The notes under the pieces: generated by a model | What the model was told of the DNA's origin: nothing | Database searches by the model: none | The model's input: only the letters and a program-made list of their open reading frames with translations | Made by a program: the position numbers and the translations under genes | Origin: Spironucleus salmonicida | Taxonomy: Eukaryota | DNA: 64,000 nucleotides | Direction: 5' to 3' | NCBI RefSeq assembly: GCF_000497125.1 | Contig: NC_090601.1 | Location: 682,001 to 746,000 of the forward strand | Shown: one piece after another, positions 1 through 11,449 of the stretch | Layout: every line of letters begins with the position of its first letter | Numbering within the stretch: the stretch's first letter is position 1

Positions 1-1827
1 TGGTCTTCTAAAGACAGATAGCAAAATCCTAGATCGCAGGTTTGGCTCTCTCGTGCTGGACAGTTCCTGGGCAAGGGAGCTTCGCAGCTGTCCCACCCAG
101 ATGCCGATATACGGTATTGCGTTGGGCTGGTTTACAGTAGCCTGCTGAAGGACTGCACGCGGCGTCCTCTTCGAGCCATGGGGGTGGGGAGGAAGCTAGG
201 GGAGTACGGCCGCGCCCTATTACTAAAGATAGCCAGGTGTCATGCTGCCAGCCCGGCCAGTGCAAGTGCAAGTGTCCGCCCTCTCACGCATCGCCAAAAC
301 TCAGCTCTTCGTCGTCCTCCTCGGAGTCGGACGCGCGCGCGAAGTCGCTGGCGGCCGACGTGTTTTCGAGGGCGCTTCCGAAGAGCGCGGGGGGCATTGT
401 GGAGTGGGCAGAAACTTCGGCTAGGGTGGACGAGGGCGAGGGCACAGAGAAACTGCAGGACGAAGTGCGTATTGCGTGGCATGGGATGCTACCCGGACAG
501 CTAAACGCACGGCACGGTGTGGCGGCCACGAAAGTGCTTGACGCAGACTAAGCAATCGTTGTATTTAATTCCGTAAAGTGGAAATGGTATATTACCTTGG
601 CCGGACGATCCACGCCGATTTGAAAAACTCAAAATCTATTTCCACCTAGGGCACTGGCAGGCCGGTCTGGCTAGAAAACAGTCACCTCACTCGCGCATCC
701 AGCTCCGTGGCGAGCCAGCTGGCGGCACGATAGAATGGTACCCGCACCAGCACAGAGGCTCGGCCGAGATGAAGTGCCATGTCCAGCGCGCAGGCCACCC
801 GGCTCACCCCAGGGAGCTGAAGCCCAGCCGCCCGTCGCGGCTCTTCGCCATCCCGCCGAAGTCCCGCTCCAGGTAGTCCGCCTCCTCGATGATCGCGATC
901 CTGCCCAGCACGCTGCGGCCGCGCGTGAGGTTGCGCAGGAAGTTGAAGCTCATCTTCTCGCGCGAGAACTTGTACACCGGCGTGTAGTCCATCTACTGGT
1001 CCAGGTTCTTGGTGAGGGTGTAGAGGATCGCCAGCTTGAGGTCCTGTATCTCGAACACCTTGTCCAGCAGCACCGAGGACACCAGCCGCGTGCGGTTCGC
1101 GTCCTTGGCGAGCACCTTCGTCATGTCCATCAGCGCGCCCAGCTCCTCCACCACCTGGGGCGCGATCTCGACTTTCTGCATCAGCGGTGAGCAGGGCGGC
1201 TCGCTCTTGGAAAAGCTCGCCTGGCTGCCGAAGCTCTGCCGCTCGCACTCGGCCTGCACCGGCCGCGATATGAGCGCCGCCAGCGAGGCCTGGTCCGTCT
1301 GGGCGGCGAGGGCGGCCGTTTCCACAGCGTCGGTCTGGACGCCGGCGGTGACCGTCTGGGGGCACAGCTTCAGCTGGCTGACGGCGGTCTCCAGCTGCTG
1401 GATCCGGAGGTTCTTGTCCAGGTCCGCCTGCTTGTAGATATCGAGCTCCTGCTGGGCGTCCATTTGGAGCGGGGAAGAATGGCGATTGCGTCTCGGGTCG
1501 CAGTAGTGCGGGATAGAAGGGGAAGCATATCCGTCCAGTAATTGGCGTGGAAGCGTGCCGCACGCCCTGCGCTCGCCAGACTCTTGCAGGGGTTCGCCCA
1601 GGCACCGCAGCAGCTCCAAGCTAGTTCAGCCGGCGACTATGAGAGCAAGGTGGAAATACAGCTGCCGAGATGGTATTGCTATTTTCATATTATATAGTAT
1701 ATTTGTGATAGTGCTGCTTCAGCATGGTGCGCCACGAGTACCTGGAGCGGTACTAGAGAGTCCGGCTACTGCCGTATTTCTGCAGTCAAGAATGATAATA
1801 GTCAGTCTGCTGGTAGCCTGAATACCA
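1..1827. repeat. Direct repeat copy 1 (GC-rich; probably continues upstream of the window)
   Basis: Near-identical to 18939-20765 at a constant offset of 18938 with scattered substitutions; ORF track entries are duplicated. Confidence 0.95.
804..1463 (-). CDS. Hypothetical GC-rich protein, 219 aa (MDAQQELDIYKQ...FSSLG), repeat copy 1
   Basis: ATG at 1463, TGA at 804; in-frame TAG at 993-995 is CAG in copy 2; strong G/C third-position bias. Confidence 0.7.
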
Positions 1828-2110
1828 GCTTCTCGTTGCTCTTCGTATCGTCTAAGTTCAAGTCGTCGAGATCACTAAGGACATCTTTTAATAAATCCTT
1901 GCTATTACTCTTACCAATCTGACCATAGTATCTTGGAGTTACAGATTTCATTGAATTAAGGCTTATAGGAGGTAATGGAGCTTTCAATTTAAGAAAAGAA
2001 AAATCTTCTATAGTTTTTGATTTTTTAGGATAATTTGCTTTAGGAACATATGGCTCATCAATGCTATTTATTACGTCTTGGTGTAATGTTTAGATACAAT
2101 TAGCTCCCAT
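1802..2110 (-). CDS. Hypothetical 102-aa protein with MGANC N-terminus (possible myristoylation/palmitoylation)
   Basis: Open with TAA=Gln: MGANCIQTLHQ...KLVFRLPAD-TGA; a decayed paralog lies at 20740-21044. Confidence 0.55.
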
Positions 2111-2575
2111 TTACTAATCTTAATTAATCATATAATCTAATATATTATAAGTTATAATAACAATTATATATAAAGTGTCTTCTATCTACATTTTAAGTAC
2201 TATGAAATAAGAAATAAATGATATTCCTGATCAAAAAGTATATTAGTTTTAATTATAAGTGTATTGATAGTAACTGTATGAAAGTATCTAAAATATTAAA
2301 TTTAAGTAGAATAAATTTACGGGTTTCGGTCAATTGAATTTAGTAAATTTTATATATTAAATTAAGTAATCGAGTTCTACAAAATAGTTACGATTCCCGT
2401 CTAAATTACTATGATTAATTTTATTAGTAATATTGTTAATGCATATAATATTAAAAACAAGCTAATATTATTTTTATGGAAGTATAATATATAATAATTA
2501 GTCTTATTTATCAGATTAATTTTAATTTTATATAATAATTATTATATATATATTAGTATCATATTAAATTTTAGA

Positions 2576-2911
2576 ATGGACCCAATGTCTCTTTCAGACT
2601 TAATTCCTCCTCAATCTGTTAGAGACTCTTTAATATAGCAATTAAATACATAAACATCAATGATTAAGTCAAAATAAGAATTTTATATTAAATATCAGTA
2701 GCTTTAGGAAGTTATAGCATAATAACAAGATTAATTTGCTTAAGCAGCAGGTATACTTGGAGGTGTTGACTTAGTTTAAAGATTTTCAAATCTTAGTCGA
2801 TAGTATATGCTAAATTTGAAACGAAAATCAATTCTAAACAAATTAGTTGAGATAGACTTACTTCCTGAAGATAGTGATTTGCTGGAAGAAGAAGATGAAC
2901 TAAAATAGTGA
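2576..2911 (+). CDS. Hypothetical 111-aa protein with acidic tail
   Basis: MDPMSLSDLIPPQ...LLEEEDELKQ open with TAR=Gln; stop overlaps AGTGA. Confidence 0.6.
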
Positions 2912-3272
2912 TTTGTTTCCTGCTGTCCTTAAATTACATAGTTTGGTATAGTATTTATTTTAAAAAGAGTTAAATCCATAATAGAATCTTAATTCTAATC
3001 CACATTAGTTTTTATTAATTGTAAATTTATCTTAGAATGCAGTAAACCACTTAAATTCAATGATATTTAATCAAATCCTAGACGAATACTATAATGCAAG
3101 TATCTCAATGTTGGAAATTGTTATCATTTGCTACTCAATTACTATAAATTTCTAATTTATATATAATATTACCTAGTTCTAAATTTTAAAGTAATAACAA
3201 TTATCTATTATTATACACTAATATTTGTAATTTTTAACTCCTTTTACTCTTCTAAAAATATCAACCAGTCAC

Positions 3273-3854
3273 TCAGCAACACCCAAAAAAACTATTTTTT
3301 TTCTCCTAGACCACGACATGCGTGACCTGCACGGGCTTCTGCGGCTCCTTCTTATTTGCGATTATCATATTTTCAACCAGTGCCTCGAATGCGCTTTGGA
3401 CCTGCGCGCCGGAGAGGCTGGAAACGCTGAAAAACTTCATCCCGAAGCGCGCGCAGAACGAATCGATTTCGGCCTGCGGGACCTACTGTTCGAGGTCATT
3501 CTTGTTCCCCACAAGCACCTTCACGACTCGCTCGTTCACGTGGTGGTCAGCGCGCAGCATCCACTTCTCGACACCTCGCATCGCACCTGACTCTGAAAGG
3601 TCGAAAACGAGCAGTACGCCGTGCGCACCACGGTAGTACGACTGCACGATATTCTCGAACTTCTCCTGTCCCGCAGTATCCCAGAGCTGCAACTTGATCG
3701 TAAGGTTCTGGAAATTCACGGTTTTGATTCGGTAGTCTACGCCGATTGTGGAATGGAAAATCGGATTGAAGGTATTATCTGCGTATCTGAGCAATAGTGA
3801 GGATTTTCCAGCCGCGGAGTCACCTATTATGAGCGTTTTGAACACGTAATCCAT
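3273..3854 (-). CDS. RAB1: Rab1-like small GTPase, 193 aa
   Basis: GDSAAGKS, TIGVDY, WDTAGQE, GNKND; reading TAG as Gln recovers the C-terminal FFGCC prenylation motif, then TGA-GTGA. Confidence 0.92.
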
Positions 3855-4189
3855 TCTTGATAAAGATAATTATATACTATATAATAATGATAATATATTC
3901 CAACTGTTAAATATAATATGTATTACTATATAATAATTGTAGTAATTTTCATCCGGAATTTAATCCTAGATTCAACATAATTCAGCTTTTTATTCATTCT
4001 CTACACAAATTATCATTACGAGAAATGGCATCTCTGCAAATCGTAATCTGGGCGTCTTTACTAGTAATCTGCTATATAGCAGCTAACCATATCACGAATT
4101 TCCGCCTAAATCGATTAGCACATTTTCTAAACCAGAGAGCTGGCCCAGAGCTCCTCCAATAACTATAACTCCCGTGAAATCTAACAGAA

Positions 4190-4423
4190 TCAACTCACAC
4201 TGTGCGCGCACATGTCGCTATCGTGCAAAATCTGTGCGCAGTAAAATGCGGTTTCGGCCTCTGCGCAGAAGCAGTTCGCGCTGCAATTTTCAGGCTTGCA
4301 AATGCCGTCCGAGCCCAGCTGGAAATTGTCAATACAAAGATTGCAGTTTCGGTCAATTCGCGCGTTCTAGTCGCTGCAGATCGGGTAGGAGAATGTCAGC
4401 GCCGTGATAAGCGCTGTGATCAT
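4190..4423 (-). CDS. Small cysteine-rich, probably secreted protein (77 aa to first TGA; frame stays open to 4013)
   Basis: MITALITALTFSYPICSDQNARIDRNCNLCIDNFQLGSDGICKPENCSANCFCAE...; hydrophobic N-terminus and CxxC/CxC spacing. Confidence 0.5.
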
Positions 4424-4575
4424 TTTTGAATATGTCGGTTTAGTTCGAGTATAATAAATATAAATGTATGAATATAATAGAGTATATAATGTATAATAAT
4501 GTATTTAAATTATTTATATGTAAATTTATTTATATATAGTATTAGTATATAATAATAATATTGTTATCAGCAATG

Positions 4576-5541
4576 TCACTCCACTGCAAATTTTCTACCG
4601 TTTTTATGCCATTTGCATGCATCCATGACGATGTCTTTCAAATCGTATTTCGGGCTCCAGCCTAGCACACTACGCGCTTTAGCGTTTTCGGCAACCAGGA
4701 AGTCAGGATCGCCATCACGTCTGTTTTGAATTTGGAAATTACCAGGAATGCATTTTTGTATCTCGCTCACCACCTCCAGGACACTGTAACCCTCTGCACT
4801 GCCTAAATTGTAAACCTCGAGACCGCGCTGGCAGTTTCGTCCTAAAATTCTCTGAGCGGCCAAAACGTGCGCATCGGCCAGATCGCGCACGTGAATGTAA
4901 TCGCGTACGCATGTTCCATCTTTTGTGGCGTAGTCTGAACCGAAAACATCGCATTTCTGCCCCTGCAAGAAGCGTTCACATACGCAGGGCACGAGGTGCG
5001 TTTCCGGATCGTGCAACTCTCCAACGCCGTCTCCGGCACCTCCGGCGTTAAAGTAACGCAGAGCGACAGAGTCACAGTCCACGCAGCGCAGCATCTGCTC
5101 TATCACGTGCTTGGACACACCGTAGGGGTTTATGGGCGCTGGCGCTATATCCTCAGTTATCTTCTCGCTGCGCACACCGTACACGGCCGCAGTGGAGGAG
5201 AAAACGAGTTTTTTGACACCAACAGTTTCCATGGCTTTAAGGAGTTGAACTGCGCCGCAGATGTTATTATCAAAGTATTTGATCGGGTTTGACACTGACT
5301 CAGAGACGAGCGAAAAGGCGCATAGGTGCACTATTAGCACTATTCCATGAGTTTTAAGTGTGTGTACCATCAGTTAGTGGTCCAGGACGTCGCCTTTAAC
5401 GAACTTGGCTATTTTGGGAAGAGATTCCTAGTGTCCGGTCGAGAGGTTGTCGTAGATAACCACATCAAACCCGGCACGTATAAAAGCCCGCGCTACAAAG
5501 GACCCTATGTAGCCTGCACCGCCTGCTACCAAAATTGACAT
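4576..5541 (-). CDS. galE: UDP-glucose/UDP-GlcNAc 4-epimerase, 321 aa
   Basis: MSILVAGGAGYIGS Rossmann motif, FSSTAAVYG, YGVSK (YxxxK), LRYFNA, DGTCVRDYIHV; stop within AGTGA. Confidence 0.93.
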
Positions 5542-6163
5542 TTTAAATCTAGAAATAATTCATATATTAATATTATACAGTAATAATGCGATAATACGTT
5601 TTTTATTGTTTCTTGTAGATGGTTTGTAGATGAGATTAAGTAAATTTGGGATGTATTATGTTGGAATATGAGGATTCAATAATAAAGTAACTAGTATTCT
5701 CTGAAAGCTGAATAATTTTCGGTTTTTGGCGGCATAAATAAAATTTAAGGTAGAGCAGAAGTTTAGAAGTAGTTATACTTTTATTATATATTAATTGATG
5801 GAGAATTGCTTAATGTTGAAGTATTAATACTTAACTTTTAAGTATAATAAATGTAAATATTGTATTACAAAATGTGATTTAGAAATATAATAAGTTATAT
5901 TGTAGATAATATAAATGTTTTAATTAAGCTAAATTTAATTGCATTTGTTATACCAACTTTATATTGTCTCTATTATATGTATTGTACTGTATATTTATAA
6001 CATATTTTATAATTAAGTATTATATATTTAGATTAAATAAGTAGTATAAATCAGCATTAGTGTAGACAACTATTTAACTCTCCTTAAACTACTCGCTAAG
6101 TTATTTAAGAATAATATAAAGAATAATATAATATCATTAAAAGTTTTAATTACCACTTCTTAT

Positions 6164-6388
6164 ATGTTACCTACTTCAGACTACATCGAGATATCGACTG
6201 TCACTATTTAATAAAAAACACTTCATGTAGTTAGAGACGCTATAATGATAACATAAAAAATGCGTGAGAGCAATGTCAAAGTGAAAATGATTAATGTCTT
6301 TAAAATAATTAAATAAAATTATCCTGATGATTTTTAATATTTTGGTGTTTATTATTTAGCCATAAAGCGAAGTTTGCAGATTAAATGA
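6164..6388 (+). CDS. Hypothetical 74-aa protein
   Basis: MLPTSDYIEIST...SLQIK open with TAA=Gln; pyrimidine-rich stretch upstream; no recognisable motif. Confidence 0.35.
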
Positions 6389-6462
6389 TGTTTTGCTGAT
6401 AAAACTGTCTTGAAGAGACGTAATGATTTTGTTAGTTTGTATTTTTAATATAATAAAGTTAA

Positions 6463-6897
6463 TCAGTGGGAACAGCCGCAATCTTCACCATGTTGATGAT
6501 CGTGCTTTTAAAGTTGCTCATCGCTAACTGAAATGAGCTCGACATCAAAAGTAAGATTTGAACGTGCAGGAATTACAGGTGGCATACCTTCAGCTCCATA
6601 AGCCATTTACCAAGGGATAATTAATTTAGAACGTTCACCGATTGTCATCTTAAGTACTTCTTAATCCCAGCCCTCAATAACTTAACCTACACCAACTTAA
6701 AATTCGAAAGGCTCTTTTCTATCTCTGGAGGAATCAAATTTTTATCCAGTGCTAAGGGTACCAGTATAATGTACGGTTACGAATTAACCAGGTTTTGGGC
6801 AAGCAGTATTTTCACTTGCCTTAATCAAGGTCTTTACAACTGTTGGGGCTTTTGGCTGTTTAGCAGCTTTACGTGCAAGGTTACGGGGGAAAGGCAT
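6463..6897 (-). CDS. FKBP: FKBP-type peptidyl-prolyl isomerase, 144 aa, with His/Cys tail
   Basis: VTVHYTGTLSTGQKFDSSRDR, GVGQVIEGWD, AYG, IPARSNLTFDVELI; missed by the ORF track because of several TAA codons. Confidence 0.92.
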
Positions 6898-7063
6898 TTC
6901 AAAGAATAGAAATGAATAAATATTAATTTATTATTCAAATATATAATTTATATTGTGTTTCATTATAATACAATAATAATTTATTTTAATTATATAATAA
7001 TATATTATTTTAATATGAAATTATATTGATATTAAATTTATATTAAAAATATAAGTAATAAAA

Positions 7064-7264
7064 ATGAAAGATATATATTCAGTAGAGTCTTCTCTTAATT
7101 CAATTAGTTCAAACATATTTTCTAAGAAAAACGATAATTCAATATTGTAAAGAACATAAAATGTTAGTGAGGAATCCTATTCCTTTGATAATGACTCTTC
7201 AAGTAGTTTAACAGCTTTCTATGATAATCTAATTAACTTTAGTTAGGCTGATCCAAGTTAGTGA
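7064..7264 (+). CDS. Hypothetical Ser-rich 66-aa protein
   Basis: MKDIYSVESSLNS...ADPSQ; stop overlaps AGTGA. Confidence 0.35.
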
Positions 7265-7668
7265 GTTTAGTTATCAAAACCATTTTAAATTTTTACGGTT
7301 ATATTAAAGTATTGCATGTAATTAACCTGTAAAAATATTATTATTTCAAACTAGTAATTGTAGTTAGATTGCGAAAATTATAGTGTATATTAGAAAATTC
7401 TATTTAATCAGGTAAATAACGTATTTATATAGGATAAAATATTAGAAATGGTATATTTTATTTATATTATAAATATAATGCACCTGTAAAATTATGTTTC
7501 GCTAATCTAAGGACCATTACAAGGTTTATAATAAAATATAATTATAATTAATAGAAACATCTGCTGCAAATATTGACTATAAATTAATATTAATTAATAA
7601 TAATTAAAAATTAGGTTTAATAAAACAATTATAAATAACTAGTTAATATAAAATAGAATATTAAAAAA

Positions 7669-7893
7669 ATGAATATTAGACTTAATTAGCTTTCAAAAAT
7701 CAAATAGTAGTAAATTAAGATGGCTAAGATCTAGTCACGCATAAACATCAATCCAAATGACATTCACGGCTCGGAAGAAATCGGAATGGTTGTAAAATGC
7801 AGCTCTGGTTACTATTTTACAGGCAGAAGAAGATAACATAGAATAAATGACTTAAATCCGATTGGAGAGATATTAATGAGATTTAACTAGTGA
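7669..7893 (+). CDS. Hypothetical 74-aa protein
   Basis: MNIRLNQLSKIKQQQ...ILMRFNQ; stop overlaps AGTGA. Confidence 0.4.
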
Positions 7894-7965
7894 ATTATAA
7901 ATGCCAAATTTTTACATATATTTACTTTATTATATCCAATTAGATATATCAACTACTTTATCAAA

Positions 7966-8976
7966 ATGTGTTTTTCACCTAAAAACGCTGCCTATCAACG
8001 ATTCGTACTGGCTTGTAAAAATGATGATATCTAGTATGTTGAAAAATCATATCTTGATATTAAGCACACTCCAGACCCTAGTTTTCCGCATTTTAAGTAG
8101 TTTGGCGTATATGGCATTTTCCATGCCCTAATCCACAAATCGACCCAGGTCATTAAATTCCTTGCCCCATTTGAGTTCAACACGCAAACATTCTAGGAGC
8201 TGACTATTCCAGTGATCGACTAGTCCTCCGACTACGTAAAAACCGTCATTTTTTTGTCCAAGCTCTACGACATCGAAACAGACGACGAGTTCATTGTCCT
8301 GCCGGCCCGTTCGACGCCGTTAATGCTTGCGATCATTCTAGGCCAATTAGACGCAGTTTTGCTGCTGCTCGACTCGATCGGCGCCGTGAACACAGACCTC
8401 TGCACCGCACTAGACTACGCCGTCTACACGCGCTCCCAGATGCTCCTCCAGGTGCTCCTCGAGACGCGAATTTTGAACCTCGAATTCATCCACTCCAAAT
8501 CGGTTGAAATCGCAATTTCGTGTGGCAACCACATCATCCTGCAGTACTACAACGACGTCAGCGAGTCCTCGGACGAGTTCTTCATCGCGTACTCGCTCAA
8601 GGTGCACAAGGGCAAAATCGCGCAAAAGCTCAAGCAGCAGATGCTGAAAATCGAGCAGATGGGCCTCCTGACCGAGATGGGGAACTACGTGAAGTGCAGC
8701 GAGCAGCTGATGCGGTTCAACGCGATCGTTCGGCGGATTGGGCTCGGGAGTTCCGAGAAGCGGGATGGGAGCGAGGACCAGATTTAGGGGTCGCTCGTCA
8801 TCAGGCGCTTCACGAGCGTCTCGGCGATTCCGCGGTAGCGGAGTCAAATATCGTCGCAGCGGTCGAATCTGAGCCATGCTGAGAGTTCTGATGTGCTAAA
8901 TTTGAGCGACGAGATAGAGGAGGTGAAAGCGGAAGGAACTGATAGCATGGAGGAGCATAGCGTGCAGGATCTGTGA
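7966..8976 (+). CDS. Ankyrin-repeat protein, 336 aa
   Basis: STPLMLAIILGQLDAVLLLL and TALDYAV ankyrin-like repeats; continuous ATG 7966 to TGA 8976 with TAR=Gln. Confidence 0.75.
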
Positions 8977-9618
8977 GATATGGGTATATGGTGAGTTTAA
9001 AAGCAGTGTTCTGCATAGTTTAATGGTTTTCAGTGACTTTATCGCACTTTAGCGTTTCGGATAAAGGATGGTGGTACCAGGGAGTTGGCATGTTGATTTT
9101 AAATGAATTTAAGATGATTTTAGTAATACTTGATTTTTAGGCATTAATTATCAGCTTACGGAAGAAACGCTTAAATGAGTAATTGTTTGATGGTAATACA
9201 TTAAGTATAATGTATTTGGGTGATAGTGGTCTAGATTATTCATATTTGTAGATATCAGAATTTTCAAAATACAATCACGTAGGTGGATAGATGGATTTCT
9301 GAATACTGATTTTTATAGTTAATAAAATAGTGTTCTTGTGTTAAATTATCGTACCTTCTGCAATTCGAAGAATTGGTAAATATTTAGTTTGAAATCATTA
9401 GGTTGTAAAATTAATCTCTTGATTATTATACATTAATTCTAAATATTAAATAATTACGATTAGGTATAAAAATTTGATGATGTAAGGAGTTAACTGTTAA
9501 TTTATTTTTTATATTGAACCAGCTCGTAATTTGATCTATTCTAAACATAAACTAGTAGTTTTAACCAATACATATGGTAATAATCTATTTAAGTCTCTAA
9601 ATAAATGAAGGAAATTTA

Positions 9619-10497
9619 TCATTTCTTCTATTTATTGATAAAGTAGTAAGCAAGCCCTCCGCCCACAGCCAATACAATTAATGCTACTCCAACGACAATT
9701 CCAGCAATAGCACCCCCAGAAAGCTTATTTGGAATCTCCTCTTCTTTCTATGCGTCAGATTAGAAGCAGTAATCGCCTAACTTTGCATATCCTGAATCAC
9801 ATTTTTTGCAATTACCATCTTCCAAAATATATCCTATAAGACATGCAATACAACTTGTAGGGGCATTTGCTGAGCATTTTTAATCTGAAAATGTAAAATT
9901 TTCGTTATCAACGCATCCAGTACATAAATTTGGCTTTGAGACATCACAGGTACATGCTAAAGCAGTACAATCACCTTTTGGTGGAAATTTAGTTGGAGTA
10001 CAAAGTTTACAATTAACTAGTTCACCCCCACAAACACATGCAGTTTACTAACCTTCAGATCCACATAAAAACACGTTTCCTCCATCTTTGCACATTTAGT
10101 GATAGCTTAAGTCATTACAAACAGTTGTGCATGTTTAGTCTGTATTCATTTCATTACCATTTGAACAAGATGTGCATTTAGTTTTGCTAGAACACGTTTA
10201 ACACTTATTATTACATGCTTCACATGTGTTTCCACTCTCTTTTACATCACAATATTTACCATCATCGCATACATTCATCTTATCACAAATGTGAACAATA
10301 TCCGCTTTTGCAATGCAATTTCCATCTTTCAACACAAAAGTATTATTGCATGCGATACAAGTACCAAGTGTGGCGGGAGAACATTCTGAACAGCTATCGG
10401 TAGTGCATTTTAAACATTCTTATGCTTCTACTGGATTTGGTTATGGGCAGACGTAACCAGATGGACAAACTTAGCCAGTAGTACAGGTTATAGACAT
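9619..10497 (-). CDS. Cysteine-rich membrane protein (CRMP/VSP-like), ~292 aa (alternative ATG at 10509)
   Basis: Many CxxC motifs; C-terminal [28 protein letters not shown] transmembrane segment followed by INKQKK tail. Confidence 0.88.
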
Positions 10498-11449
10498 TTA
10501 GAGAGACATAAAATTGGGTTTTTAATAATAAATATAAATATAGTATAGTTTATTGGATTATGTAAATAATATACTTAAGATTACTCATAAAATTGTACAA
10601 AATATACATACATAAATCATGTTATTTGTGAGTGAGGTTTTATTATATGTATGATTACTAACTAAAATAATAATAGAAAATAGTTTCAACAATTTGATAA
10701 AGTCTATATTATAATAATAAATAGATGAGAAGTTATTTATAAAGCAAAAGATAATTTAGAAATAGTGTGATAATTATATCTAATATATATTTCACTGGTA
10801 AAGATATAAAAATAACCTAAAGATAATTAGAAAACTATAATAATAACATACTAAAATATCTTAAATTGTAAAATTTTAGTAAGATGTATATTATAATCTT
10901 AATAAATAATCCTAATTATTAGAAGTATATTTATACTTGTTAATTATATAGTATTGAGTATTTCACATTACTAAAAAATTATTATATAGAAATTTTTCTC
11001 TAGTTAATAATGTGAAGCAATGACCGAAAATATTAATAATTTATTATCATTTATTACTTTGTTAGCCTAAGTTAGATATTTAATTACTTGTTAAAAATTA
11101 CTCTGACTAATTAATACTTTAAATATACATAATAATAATGCTAATATTTATATATTACTGAATATATATATATATAATCACATTAAATTATAGAACTTTT
11201 AGCTCAATTTATTTTATTCTAGATATTTATTGTTCTTAATAATATTATTTTATAAACAATAGTTTTACATGTATCTAGCGTTAAAATTAACTTACATATA
11301 AACAATATATAAAGAATTAAATAAAATTATATAATCATTATTCTATTAATTAATAACTAATATTAAAAATTATTAGACAACTTAACAGAATATAATCTAC
11401 ATTTATTTACTATTCTTTGTCTAATGAAACTATCATAACTATTCATCAC

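Noticed and set aside
284-529. Minus-strand frame ending SDSEEDDEELSFGDA (also 19222-19467)
   Set aside because: No in-frame ATG back to the previous TGA; cannot support a gene.
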